Source: an uncultured bacterium (GTDB lineage Bacteria > Babelota > Babeliae > Babelales > RVW-14). From it: DNA of 64,000 nucleotides. Each line of letters opens with the position of its first letter. Positions within the stretch are counted from its first letter, which is position 1. The notes below the pieces were generated by a model that was not told the origin of the DNA, ran no database searches, and saw nothing but the letters and a program-made list of their open reading frames with translations. Shown in pieces: positions 32,853 through 42,262 of the stretch. Made by a program: the position numbers and the translations under genes. The stretch lies in assembly GCA_963759805.1 (NCBI GenBank), contig CAVXAT010000002.1, positions 96,001 through 160,000 of the forward strand, given 5' to 3'.

Positions 32853-33513
32853 ACACATGTTTACGCTTTTAACATTTCTCTACAATGAAAAAAATGTATG
32901 TCGTTGTGCCGAATACATGGCAACTTTAGAAAAAAACCTGCAGCATCATTTGATTAAGAGAATTCATATTTTATATGACGTATCAAATGATGACAAAAAT
33001 CCAGAAAATAATTTTTTGTTTAATTATTTAAAAAAACAACCTATTACAATTACTTTGACCGCTCATCGACCAACGTATGGAGATTTTTTTGCACTTGCAA
33101 ACAAGCAGTATCCGAAAGAACAAATTATCGTGAGCAATGCAGATATATTTTTTAATGAAACGCTAGATTTGCTTAAGTCATACGATTTTACTGGCAAGTT
33201 TATTGCGCTTACTCGATGGAATGTGCAGCGTGACAATCAACTTGTCATGCGCAAGGACCTCATATCTCAAGATACGTGGATATTTGTAACACCGCTGCGA
33301 AAATTTGAAAATGACGACATAATGCTTGGTTTGAATGGCTGCGACCCAGAAATTGTTTACTATGCACAAAAAAGTGGTTTATGCGTAACAAACCCGTGTC
33401 TCAGTATTCAATGTTGTCATCTTCATTCATCAGGGGTAAGAAATTACATATTAAAAGATCGTCCCTATAAAAAGGAGCCACCAGTGCTGATTCCACATAC
33501 CAAATTGTATTGA
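32752..33513 (+). CDS. GT-A-like hypothetical protein with signal peptide (tandem paralog)
   Basis: VSNADIFF, ALTRW, SQDTWIF, GCD, HLH. Confidence 0.6.
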   Translation: MKLGYLLVILLLTFTTKTLYCTNNHYLKTHPQISHMFTLLTFLYNEKNVCRCAEYMATLEKNLQHHLIKRIHILYDVSNDDKNPENNFLFNYLKKQPITITLTAHRPTYGDFFALANKQYPKEQIIVSNADIFFNETLDLLKSYDFTGKFIALTRWNVQRDNQLVMRKDLISQDTWIFVTPLRKFENDDIMLGLNGCDPEIVYYAQKSGLCVTNPCLSIQCCHLHSSGVRNYILKDRPYKKEPPVLIPHTKLY

Positions 33514-33542
33514 TGCGATTTCTAGAAAAGGGGCAGAAAATT

Positions 33543-34508
33543 ATGAAAACAAATCATTCTATACACCTGGTTATATTTTTAGTTTCTAATTTTACAACCA
33601 TGATCTTGTGTAGTGCAACCTTTATACAAGTAAAGTCGATACCATCGTCAAATAAAACACAAAATATTGATTCTGAAAAGTATATCCTCAGGGCTCGTGA
33701 GAACTGTGGATTTTTCTCAGAATTTTTGGGGGCAATTCAAAACATTTCATGGTGCGACCAAGAAGGAAAAAAAGCTGTCATATACTGGGATAATAAGAGT
33801 TTATATTACGAACCCAACGGTTTTAATAACTCACATAATGCTTGGGAATATTACTTTGAACCGATTTCTGATGCCAAATATGAACCGGGCAATAAAATAA
33901 ATCGAGTGTATGAAACACCAAGTGGATTTGGAATCCCTTATAAGGATTACAGCCATATGGAAGAGCTACGATCGAAAATGCATGCGGTTATTAAAAAGCA
34001 TATAAAAATCAAACCCTATGTTTTAGATGTAGTAAACAATTTTTATAATAAAAATATGAAAAATTGCATTGTGATTGGCATCCATTTAAGAGGAACAGAT
34101 AAGAAATTTGAGGCAAAACCAATAAATCCATTGGCTGTTATAAACAAGGCAAAAGAATATGCTCAATCGGCAAAAAAAATAGCTACCCAAAAGCAAATTA
34201 AGTTCCTTGTTGCTTCTGATGAACAACGCCTAATCAATTTTGCCAAAAAGAATTTGAATGGAAATGTGATAGTTTATGCCCAAGCAATGCGAAGCGCTGA
34301 TGGAAAACCTGTTCATTATACCCATGCAAATAATAAAGTAGAAAAGGGATATTTTGCCAATCTGGGACGTGATGTTCTGGTTGAAGCCCTTCTGCTTGCA
34401 CAATGTGATTTTTTTGTTCACACTCGATCAAATGTATCAACGGCTGTAATTTTATTTAATCCAAATTTGATTCATTTTCAATATGACGGATATGCTAATC
34501 TTGATTAA
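33543..34508 (+). CDS. NodZ/GT23-like fucosyltransferase with signal peptide
   Basis: CGFFSEF, NAWEYYFEP, GIHLRGTDK, LVASD, SNVS; paralog of 21132. Confidence 0.75.
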   Translation: MKTNHSIHLVIFLVSNFTTMILCSATFIQVKSIPSSNKTQNIDSEKYILRARENCGFFSEFLGAIQNISWCDQEGKKAVIYWDNKSLYYEPNGFNNSHNAWEYYFEPISDAKYEPGNKINRVYETPSGFGIPYKDYSHMEELRSKMHAVIKKHIKIKPYVLDVVNNFYNKNMKNCIVIGIHLRGTDKKFEAKPINPLAVINKAKEYAQSAKKIATQKQIKFLVASDEQRLINFAKKNLNGNVIVYAQAMRSADGKPVHYTHANNKVEKGYFANLGRDVLVEALLLAQCDFFVHTRSNVSTAVILFNPNLIHFQYDGYANLD

Positions 34509-35623
34509 ACATTAAACCTAACATTGATGCAATCGCCGTCCTGCACCACGTAATCCTTGCCTTCGACTCGAAGTTTACCAATTGCTTTGAGCTTAGCCTC
34601 AGTACCAACTTGAAAAAGATCTTCGCAGTTATAAACCTCAACACAGATAAAACCACGTTCCAGATCAGAGTGAATTTCACCTGCTGCTTTTGGTGCAAGT
34701 GTACCTTTGCGAATACTCCAAGCATGAGCTTCTTTGGGACAAACAGTAAAATATGAGATTAAACCAAGATTTGAATAAGCTTTTGAAATAATATTATCAA
34801 GACCTTTTTCTGTTATCCCTAATGACTCGATCATTTCTGCCGCATCAGCATCACCAAGCTGTGCCAATTCTGCCTCAATTTTTGCACAAATTGGGATAAC
34901 TCTTTCGACGCCAAATTTTTCAACCAAGCTTTGATAAAAGGTGTTTGTTTGATAGTTTTGGCCGACATAATCATCTTCAGATAAATTCGCAATTATTATA
35001 AAATTTTTGGCTGACAAAAATGGAATCATGTTAATTCCGGCTGCCTTGCCTTGCAGATAAATTTCGCGAACCCTGTTATAATTCCCGGCATTTAATGCGT
35101 CTTTAATTTGAGCAATAACGTCTTGCTCCATCTCCAACAATTTTTTTTCTTGTGCCAGCATATTCTTTTTTAGATTTGATAAAATTTTTTGTTCGCGTTT
35201 TTCAGCAGACTCAAGATCTTTTAGCATTAATTCTGCAACTATAATTTCAAAGTCATCAATTGGATTGATTGCGTTGCTAACATGGATCACATTCTGGTCT
35301 TCAAAACAACGTAAAACATGCAAAATCAGATCAACTTCCATGATATGTGACAAAAATTGATTTCCAAGCCCTTCCCCCTTTGAAGCCCCCTTTACAAGAC
35401 CGGCTATATCAACAAATTTGACTGAGGCCGGAACAAATTTTTTGGAATCAAAAAATTTAGCAAGACGATCTAGACGAATGTCTGGAACATTTGTTATGGC
35501 TACGTTTGGGTCAACGGTACAAAATGGATAATTTTCAGCCGGAATGCCGGCATCTGTCAACGCATTAAAAAGTGTTGATTTTCCAACATTTGGAAGTCCT
35601 ACCAGCCCAGCTTGAATTGCCAT
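34505..35623 (-). CDS. ychF: Redox-regulated ATPase YchF
   Basis: GLVGLPNVGKST, NYPFCT, DIAGLVKGAS.GEGLGN, AAGEIHSD, VQDGD. Confidence 0.95.
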   Translation of the reverse strand: MAIQAGLVGLPNVGKSTLFNALTDAGIPAENYPFCTVDPNVAITNVPDIRLDRLAKFFDSKKFVPASVKFVDIAGLVKGASKGEGLGNQFLSHIMEVDLILHVLRCFEDQNVIHVSNAINPIDDFEIIVAELMLKDLESAEKREQKILSNLKKNMLAQEKKLLEMEQDVIAQIKDALNAGNYNRVREIYLQGKAAGINMIPFLSAKNFIIIANLSEDDYVGQNYQTNTFYQSLVEKFGVERVIPICAKIEAELAQLGDADAAEMIESLGITEKGLDNIISKAYSNLGLISYFTVCPKEAHAWSIRKGTLAPKAAGEIHSDLERGFICVEVYNCEDLFQVGTEAKLKAIGKLRVEGKDYVVQDGDCINVRFNV

Positions 35624-35835
35624 AACAACCTTTCGTAAATAAGATGATATTCATGTGCAAAAAAAGAAATCTCGCTTCTATTTTACACGTTTTTGAAGCC
35701 AAGCCAAGAAAATATGCCCATCAGAAAGAGAATGTCGGCTGCGAATGCCAAATAATTGACATTCGTTTTTTGGGGATGCTATACAAGCCAAGTAAGTAGT
35801 AATTTGTATAATCCGTTACAGGATTGGGAGATCTT

Positions 35836-36696
35836 ATGAATATGCGTTTTTTAACACAAATTTTGTCATTGTCTTTGGTCATATATACCAGCCAGCTAAT
35901 TGCGGTTGGGACATCTGCCATTGCTTATAAGCAACCAGAAATTCCCAAAGATCATGTTCAAATCAAATGTACTATAAAACGAATTGATCGAAGCTCACAC
36001 CATCGAACCCACCCACATATCCCAACGAAAGGTGAGATTCTAGGCTACAGCACAAACTGGAGTGGATATGTGGCAGAAACTAACCTGACCAAGCCAGCCC
36101 CCAATTCGGTTACTGCTGTATCTGCATATTGGATCGTCCCCGCTATAAAACCTGCTAACACCAACACTTACTGTGCTGTTTGGGTTGGAATAGATGGGTA
36201 TAGCAATTCAACGGTCGAACAGATAGGGACTGAACATGATTGGTCGAATGGGGGAATACAGCATTATGCCTGGTTTGAAATGTATCCAGGTGATAGCTAT
36301 TCGATCAATGGATTTCCTCTTAAAAGCGGTGACGTGATTACCGCTTCGGTAACATATTCATCGAAAAATGTTTTTACAATGATTTTATCCAACCAAACAC
36401 AGAAAGTTACCACGACAATCCCAACTAAATATACAAAATCAGCATCTGCCAAAAGACAATCAGCCGAATGGATAGTAGAGGCGCCATATATGAATACTGT
36501 TTTGCCTTTGGCAAATTTTGGAACAGCTTATATGGCAAACTGCAAAGCAACTATCAAAGGGGTCACCGGTTTGATTAATAACAAAGCATGGGCCAGCAGT
36601 GCAATAGAGATGATAACTAATTCCGGTACCCCAAAGGACTCCCCATCAATTATCGGTAGTAGCGGCTCTTTTTCTGCTACCTGGATGCATCAGTAG
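35836..36696 (+). CDS. Secreted glutamic peptidase, family G1 (eqolisin)
   Basis: STNWSGY, WVGIDG, EQIGT, YAWFEMYP, SAEWIVEAP; signal and pro region. Confidence 0.9.
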   Translation: MNMRFLTQILSLSLVIYTSQLIAVGTSAIAYKQPEIPKDHVQIKCTIKRIDRSSHHRTHPHIPTKGEILGYSTNWSGYVAETNLTKPAPNSVTAVSAYWIVPAIKPANTNTYCAVWVGIDGYSNSTVEQIGTEHDWSNGGIQHYAWFEMYPGDSYSINGFPLKSGDVITASVTYSSKNVFTMILSNQTQKVTTTIPTKYTKSASAKRQSAEWIVEAPYMNTVLPLANFGTAYMANCKATIKGVTGLINNKAWASSAIEMITNSGTPKDSPSIIGSSGSFSATWMHQ

Positions 36697-36804
36697 GGTC
36701 CCATAAAACGGGTTTGAGCATTACTGAATTTTGGATATACTTAGAAAATACAGTATTACAGCAATTAAAACGCCATTTAAACTAAGTAGAATTCTAAATT
36801 AATT

Positions 36805-38379
36805 ATGGTTACGTTTTTTAACAAAATTTATGGATGCCAAGCAAATTTTGCAGACTCACAAGGCCTTGCCAAATTTTTAATAGAACTGGGGTGCATACCT
36901 GTTGATTCCGAACGGAATGCCGATCTGATAATTATTAATACCTGCGCAATCCGCGAAAAGGCAGAACAGAAGCTTTATTCATACATTGGCAGACTGGCAG
37001 AATTAAAAAAAGATAAACCCCATCTGAAAATTGGTGTTATCGGTTGCGTAGCCAGCTACAAGAAAAAAGAGTTTTATGAATACTTTGAATGCATCAGTTT
37101 CGTCCATGGTGCACGCGAGGAAATCGCTGCACTGCAGGGATATTTGGCTGAATTAATCTCAAATATTCAAACAGCAAAGAATTTATTTATACAAAATCCG
37201 GATTCAAAAATAAAATATTTAAAACAGGATCGTAGGCTAAAAAAGATATTTGACAAAAGGGCCATTGGCTCAACCCGAATTAACACAGATCCAAGCAGTA
37301 TCAGCAGACTTAATTTAAACGAGCATATCAAAGATGAATCAAACAAAGACAGGCGACTTCTTCTGAAACCCGGCGCGTCACCAAGTGATGGTTCGACAAG
37401 CTCCCAGGCTTCGCCCTTCGTGGCTACGCCGGGCACGGCACCACGAGCGCGCCTGCATTCAGAACAAATATCTGATGTTCGAGCCATGATTAACATCATG
37501 ACCGGATGCAACAAATACTGCTCCTACTGCATCGTGCCATTCACCCGCGGACGCGAAATAAGCTATCCGATGGCCGACATTTTAAATGCCGTAAAAAAGG
37601 ATCTTGATCGTGGGGCAAAAGAGATCACATTAATTGGCCAAAATGTCAATTCTTACATTGATCCACAAACCGGCACTCGCTTCCCTGATCTTTTACAAAA
37701 AGTTGCATCAATTGAGGGGGATTTTTGGGTACGATTTGTAAGCCCACATCCACAAGATATGACAAAAGATCTGTTTCAAGTTATGGCAGACAACAGACCA
37801 AAACTTACTGCTTTTTTGCACTTTCCGCTGCAGTCCGGATCAGACACAATTCTAAAAGCCATGAACCGAAACTACACAGTGGCAGAATTTTTAGAAAAAA
37901 TAGGCTGGATTAAAGAGTTAATGCCGGATGCAGGGATAACTACAGATATAATCGTCGGATTTCCGGGAGAAACCGAGCAGGATTACTTGGCAACTCGGAA
38001 AGTAATGGAAATGGTAAAATTTGACCAAATTTACTCATTTATTTACTCCAAACGCAAATTTACCAAAGCTTATAACATGCCAGATGATTGTACCCAGGAG
38101 GAAAAGGCTCGACGTTTAAGCGAACTGCAAAGGCGCCAGCGAGAAATCTCTTTGGAACAAAACAGGGAAAAGATTGGCAAAACTTTGAAAGTTCTTATTG
38201 AAAAAGAGCTAGAGCCTGGTAAACTTTTAGCAAGAACAGAAGCAAACGCTCGGGTACTTATAACAGGTAAAAATGCGAGTTTAGTTGGCAGCTTTGTGAA
38301 CGTGAAAATTGAAAGTACTACGGTTGTTAACTTGTCAGGGGTTTGTCATCCTGAACTCGTTTCAGGATCCATGGATTAG
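36805..38379 (+). CDS. miaB: tRNA methylthiotransferase MiaB with a long linker insertion
   Basis: YGCQ.N, NTCAIREKAE, GCVA, CNKYCSYC, QSGS, DIIVGFPGET, TRAM domain. Confidence 0.9.
   Translation: MVTFFNKIYGCQANFADSQGLAKFLIELGCIPVDSERNADLIIINTCAIREKAEQKLYSYIGRLAELKKDKPHLKIGVIGCVASYKKKEFYEYFECISFVHGAREEIAALQGYLAELISNIQTAKNLFIQNPDSKIKYLKQDRRLKKIFDKRAIGSTRINTDPSSISRLNLNEHIKDESNKDRRLLLKPGASPSDGSTSSQASPFVATPGTAPRARLHSEQISDVRAMINIMTGCNKYCSYCIVPFTRGREISYPMADILNAVKKDLDRGAKEITLIGQNVNSYIDPQTGTRFPDLLQKVASIEGDFWVRFVSPHPQDMTKDLFQVMADNRPKLTAFLHFPLQSGSDTILKAMNRNYTVAEFLEKIGWIKELMPDAGITTDIIVGFPGETEQDYLATRKVMEMVKFDQIYSFIYSKRKFTKAYNMPDDCTQEEKARRLSELQRRQREISLEQNREKIGKTLKVLIEKELEPGKLLARTEANARVLITGKNASLVGSFVNVKIESTTVVNLSGVCHPELVSGSMD
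37388..37449 (+). repeat. Host repeat tggttcgacaagctc|accacgagcg with a nested 36-nt element (37404-37439), in miaB
   Basis: Same composite as the reverse complement of 45736-45797. Confidence 0.85.
38344..38369 (+). repeat. 26-nt palindromic repeat tgtcatcctgaactcgtttcaggatc inside the miaB 3' end
   Basis: 24/26 identical to the reverse complement of 57056-57081. Confidence 0.8.
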
Positions 38380-38410
38380 TAACCTCCCTAAACAGTTCTT
38401 TGAATTATAC

Positions 38411-38484
38411 GGCGGCATAGCCAAGTGGTAAGGCAGCGGTCTGCAAAACCGCGACCCCCGGTTCAATTCCGGGTGCCGCCTCCA
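38411..38484 (+). tRNA. tRNA-Cys (GCA)
   Basis: Cloverleaf GGCGGCA...TGCCGCC-T-CCA, anticodon arm gcggt ctgcaaa accgc, T-loop GTTCAATTC. Confidence 0.95.
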
Positions 38485-38512
38485 ATCTTCTCAGCTCAAG
38501 TCTTATCGATTG

Positions 38513-38541
38513 TTGACATGTAAGACTGTTCATATTACTCT
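38513..38541 (+). promoter_or_regulatory. Putative sigma70 promoter for tRNA-Leu
   Basis: TTGACA-N17-TACTCT ending 13 nt before the tRNA. Confidence 0.6.
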
Positions 38542-38554
38542 GCTTATCGTATGT

Positions 38555-38641
38555 GCCGGGGTGGCGAAATTGGTAGACGCAAGGGACTTAAAATCCCTCG
38601 GGTGTAATCCACCCATACCGGTTCGAGTCCGGTCCTCGGCA
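38555..38641 (+). tRNA. tRNA-Leu (TAA), CCA not encoded
   Basis: GCCGGGG...CCTCGGC-A acceptor stem, anticodon arm aggga cttaaaa tccct, long variable arm, GTTCGAGTC. Confidence 0.95.
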
Positions 38642-38723
38642 CTCTCCTACGCTTTCGCCCTGTGGGCTCATAGCTACGAAGAGCAGGCCATCCTAAATTT
38701 ACGCGCTACACAGATGGCACGGC
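38642..38723 (+). repeat. Two degenerate hairpin-element copies directly after tRNA-Leu
   Basis: ctctcctacgc...gctacgaagagcaggc and ccatc...cgcgctac..gatggcacggc share the gctac core and caggc/cacggc tail. Confidence 0.55.
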
Positions 38724-38731
38724 CACCCAAA

Positions 38732-39769
38732 TTAGATCTCCAACTCTTTACGTAAATTTGCAAATTCAGTCTTAAATGACTTTTCAAGCTTTTGTTTCTG
38801 CTCCGCAGGTAAAAAACTTGCGTGCACTCCATTCAAGCTAATTTTCTCAAGATCGTTTAGATTAAATCCAAAATGATCGGCCAGTATTTTGTACTCATTA
38901 TTTAAATCTGTGTTAAATAGCGCAGGATCATCAGAGTTTATAGTCAATAAAAGTCCGGAATCCCATAATTTACGAAACGGGTGAGATTTAAAATCAGGAA
39001 ATACACCCATGCAAATATTGCTGGTCAAGCAGATTTCTAGCGGAATCTGTTTGTGTTTTAAAAAATCGATTAATTCGGAATCTTGAACGCAGGTAACTCC
39101 ATGCCCTATTCGATCAGCATGAAGAAGATTTATAACACTCCAGATACTTTTTGGCCCGGCCATTTCTCCTGCATGAGCTGCTATTTTAATTTTATTTTGA
39201 TGCGCAGTTTCGAATGTTCCACTAAAGTCCTCTGTGTTAAAAAGACTTTCACTTCCGGTCAAACCCAAGCCAACAACACCCTGATCTTTGGAATTTAAAG
39301 CGGCATCAAGAACAAATTTTTGCGATTCCGGTTCATCGCGCAAAATATCAAATATCCAATTCCAAGCAACTCCAAAGTCAATCGCTGCTCTCTTTCGTCC
39401 ACGATTTAACGCTTGCATAATTTCCTGCCAGGGCAAGCCGGTTGACCGGCAGTTGGTAAAAATTGAAAAAGTTACCTCTGCATAACGAATATTTTGTCTT
39501 GCACATTCACACCCAAATTGATATGAAATCAATTCGTAGTCATCGACAGTTTTAAGGCAACTGGTAACAAGCTCATAAATTTTTATAAATTGCTGAAAAT
39601 TTTTGAATTTAAACAGCTCCTTCAACTTTGTTGCAGCTTTTATTGGCAGGTCAATGTTATTACGTGCTGCAAGTTCAAATAACGTATCCGGGCTAATTGC
39701 TCCCTCTAAATGCACGTGCAATTCAACCTTTGGCATACGCATAACAAATTCATTTATAATATTTGACAT
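38732..39769 (-). CDS. add: Adenosine deaminase
   Basis: PKVELHVHLEG, HAGE, RIGHG, EICLTSN, INSDDP. Confidence 0.92.
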   Translation of the reverse strand: MSNIINEFVMRMPKVELHVHLEGAISPDTLFELAARNNIDLPIKAATKLKELFKFKNFQQFIKIYELVTSCLKTVDDYELISYQFGCECARQNIRYAEVTFSIFTNCRSTGLPWQEIMQALNRGRKRAAIDFGVAWNWIFDILRDEPESQKFVLDAALNSKDQGVVGLGLTGSESLFNTEDFSGTFETAHQNKIKIAAHAGEMAGPKSIWSVINLLHADRIGHGVTCVQDSELIDFLKHKQIPLEICLTSNICMGVFPDFKSHPFRKLWDSGLLLTINSDDPALFNTDLNNEYKILADHFGFNLNDLEKISLNGVHASFLPAEQKQKLEKSFKTEFANLRKELEI

Positions 39770-40048
39770 AAAATTCCTAAAAAAAAGCCAAACAGTTCTA
39801 TCTTGAACGTAACTATAACAAAATGACCCCTAAAAACTGAAGCTTCTTCAAAAAAAATTTATACCATTTTTTGCTTTATTAAAAAGCAAAAAATGGCGCT
39901 CCCCCCCGTCGAACTTAAACATTATAACAAAGACACTTGACAAATCTGATGTGATCAGCAATTATGTGATATAATATATTTTAAGTATGGTGAAATCGTA
40001 AGTGTAACACTATTGATATCCTAACTTTATGTTGGATAGGAGATTTCT

Positions 40049-40321
40049 ATGAATAAGGCAGAATTAATTGAGCATATGGCGAAGAGTACAAAACTCTCCA
40101 AAGCTGCATGCAAAGGTGCTATCGAGTCAATCATCGAAGCGGTAGAATCAACATTGAAAAAAGGTAAAGATGTTGTTTTGACAGGCTTCGGAACATTTAC
40201 CGTTATCAGAAGAAAAACAAGAATTGGCATAAATCCTGCAACAGGAAATAAGATGACAATCCCTGCTAAAAAAGTTCCTAAATTTAAGCCCGGCAAACAA
40301 CTTAAGGATGCAGTTCTCTAA
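40049..40321 (+). CDS. hup: HU family DNA-binding protein
   Basis: MNKAELI, GFGTF, GINPATG, PKFKPGKQLKDAV. Confidence 0.95.
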   Translation: MNKAELIEHMAKSTKLSKAACKGAIESIIEAVESTLKKGKDVVLTGFGTFTVIRRKTRIGINPATGNKMTIPAKKVPKFKPGKQLKDAVL

Positions 40322-40348
40322 ACAAGAGCTAACTGATTTCAATTAGTA

Positions 40349-40386
40349 AAAACAAGGCGCAGATATCTGCGCCTTGTTTTATTTTC
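40349..40386 (+). terminator. Rho-independent terminator after HU
   Basis: Perfect palindrome aaaacaaggcgcagatatctgcgccttgtttt plus T-rich tail. Confidence 0.8.
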
Positions 40387-40516
40387 ACAACTTCCTATAT
40401 TTTAACAACATTTCAAACGACTTTATAAAATTCTTTGCAAAAAAAATCATCCTCACGTTAAACTTTTATGAATGTTAAATACATTTTCAATTTTTAACTG
40501 TGAGAGGATCGGAATT

Positions 40517-40939
40517 ATGGAAAGTAACACACTGAGTACTACACTGACAAGCACACTGGATAAAGTAAAGACAGCCTGGAATGACTTTGATTTAAATAAA
40601 TGGTCAAACGAAGTTGGTGGAAGCTCCCCGGTAGCAGAAGCAATTCAGGCAGGTATATATTTCTGCATCAGTTTTGGAATTGGATATATTTTAAAAAAAC
40701 ACTTCAAAACTATAGTATTGAGCCTGCTTTTAAGCGCACTAATCGTCAAAGGAATGGAGTACGGCAAACTGCTTACAATAGATTGGAACGCTATAAAAAA
40801 CATGTTTGGGGCATCATCAGCTGATAGTAAAGATTTTATGACCCCAATGGTAAATCATGGAATTGAGTGGATTAAAAAGAACGTAATTGTATCCATAGCA
40901 TCACTCATCGGATTTCTACTTGGCAGCAGATTAGGATAA
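40517..40939 (+). CDS. FUN14-like membrane protein
   Basis: FGIGYILKK, hydrophobic helices, IDW, GFLLG terminal pattern. Confidence 0.6.
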   Translation: MESNTLSTTLTSTLDKVKTAWNDFDLNKWSNEVGGSSPVAEAIQAGIYFCISFGIGYILKKHFKTIVLSLLLSALIVKGMEYGKLLTIDWNAIKNMFGASSADSKDFMTPMVNHGIEWIKKNVIVSIASLIGFLLGSRLG

Positions 40940-40943
40940 AGAT

Positions 40944-42206
40944 ATGGATGACGGCACACTAAACACCTCATCCACATACTCACTATTCAACACTGAAGAA
41001 AAAATAACCCAAAATATGAGTTCTGATCCTATAATCGATTATGTGGATCAGATCATTTACAACGCAATCTCCATGCACGCATCTGATATCCATATGCAGC
41101 CTGAGGAGATGGGTGCTCGTACACGATACCGAATTGACGGCACACTCTACGACCAAGACGCAATAAATCCGGACATGCTAAAACTCGTGATTTCTCGAAT
41201 AAAAATCATTGCGGGATTGGATATAGCAGTTCAACGGCTTCCTCAAGATGGTAAAATCAAATTAAATATTAAAACACGTCCAACTGAAGCTAGTATACAA
41301 AATCAAAACCAATTTCAAGATCAAGATCAAGTTATAGATCTTCGAATTTCAACTTTTCCGTCAACATATGGCGAAAAAATGGTTGTCAGAATTCTTGATC
41401 GATCACACAATCTTTTAAATCTTGAATCTCTTGGCATGAATTCCAAAATGCTCACACATATCCAGAGTTTAATTAAAAAACCTCATGGATTTTTCTTGGT
41501 AACAGGTCCAACAGGATCCGGCAAAACAACAACTTTATATGCCATTCTTTCGGAATTGAATAAACCGGGAATAAACATTGTTACAATGGAAGATCCGGTT
41601 GAGTATGCCGTTCCGGGTATTACACAAAGCCAAGTAAATGACAAAGCAGGCTTTAGTTTCCAAAATGGATTGCGCTGCATGCTACGCCAGGACCCTGATA
41701 TTATAATGATTGGTGAAATACGGGATAAAATCACAGCGCAAATTGCAATTGAAGCCTCACTTACCGGACATCTTGTTTTTAGCACGTTGCACACAAACGA
41801 TGCCGCAGGGGCAGTCACTCGGCTTCTTGATATGGGAGTTGAACCATTTCTCATCAATGCTACGTTGACCGGAGTTTTGGCTCAAAGACTTGCTCGTAAG
41901 CTTTGCAATAAATGTAAAAGCGAGACAGAATCTAAAAATCCTGACATAAAAAATCTAAAAACTAATTTTGCAGCACCCGGCTGTGCTGACTGCTTTAATC
42001 TTGGGCACAAGGGACGCCTAGGCGTTTTTGAATTATTGGTTTTGGATGATCAGATAAGAGATCTGGTTTTGCAAAAAGCTGCAACAACAAACGTTGTGCA
42101 ACAGGCGCTAAAAACCGGAATGCAGACATTGATGAATGATGGGCTGGAAAAGGTTAATAGCGGACAAATTTCGCTCGAAGAGTTGTATGCAACTGTAACA
42201 GTTTAA
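40944..42206 (+). CDS. GspE/PilB-family secretion/pilus ATPase (no N-terminal domain)
   Basis: ASDIH, PQDG, TGPTGSGKTTT, EDPVE, LRQDPD..GEIRD, TGH..STLH, CxxC...CxxC. Confidence 0.92.
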   Translation: MDDGTLNTSSTYSLFNTEEKITQNMSSDPIIDYVDQIIYNAISMHASDIHMQPEEMGARTRYRIDGTLYDQDAINPDMLKLVISRIKIIAGLDIAVQRLPQDGKIKLNIKTRPTEASIQNQNQFQDQDQVIDLRISTFPSTYGEKMVVRILDRSHNLLNLESLGMNSKMLTHIQSLIKKPHGFFLVTGPTGSGKTTTLYAILSELNKPGINIVTMEDPVEYAVPGITQSQVNDKAGFSFQNGLRCMLRQDPDIIMIGEIRDKITAQIAIEASLTGHLVFSTLHTNDAAGAVTRLLDMGVEPFLINATLTGVLAQRLARKLCNKCKSETESKNPDIKNLKTNFAAPGCADCFNLGHKGRLGVFELLVLDDQIRDLVLQKAATTNVVQQALKTGMQTLMNDGLEKVNSGQISLEELYATVTV

Positions 42207-42222
42207 CGTCGAAACCAAAATT

Positions 42223-42251
42223 AAAAGGCCCGGGTTTCCGGGCCTTTTTTT
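42223..42251. terminator. Bidirectional terminator between convergent genes
   Basis: aaaaggcccgg gttt ccgggcctttttt. Confidence 0.8.
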
Positions 42252-42262
42252 ATAAGCTTTGT

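Noticed and set aside
38411..38641. tRNA-anchored prophage or genomic island
   Set aside because: No integrase, phage genes or duplicated tRNA 3' end seen in the window
38510..38755. 81-aa ORF in the track
   Set aside because: Overlaps tRNA-Leu and repeat DNA; shadow ORF
39937..39975. TTGACA and TATAAT as one sigma70 promoter for HU
   Set aside because: Spacing is 27 nt; at most an extended -10 (TGaTATAAT), so it is not called
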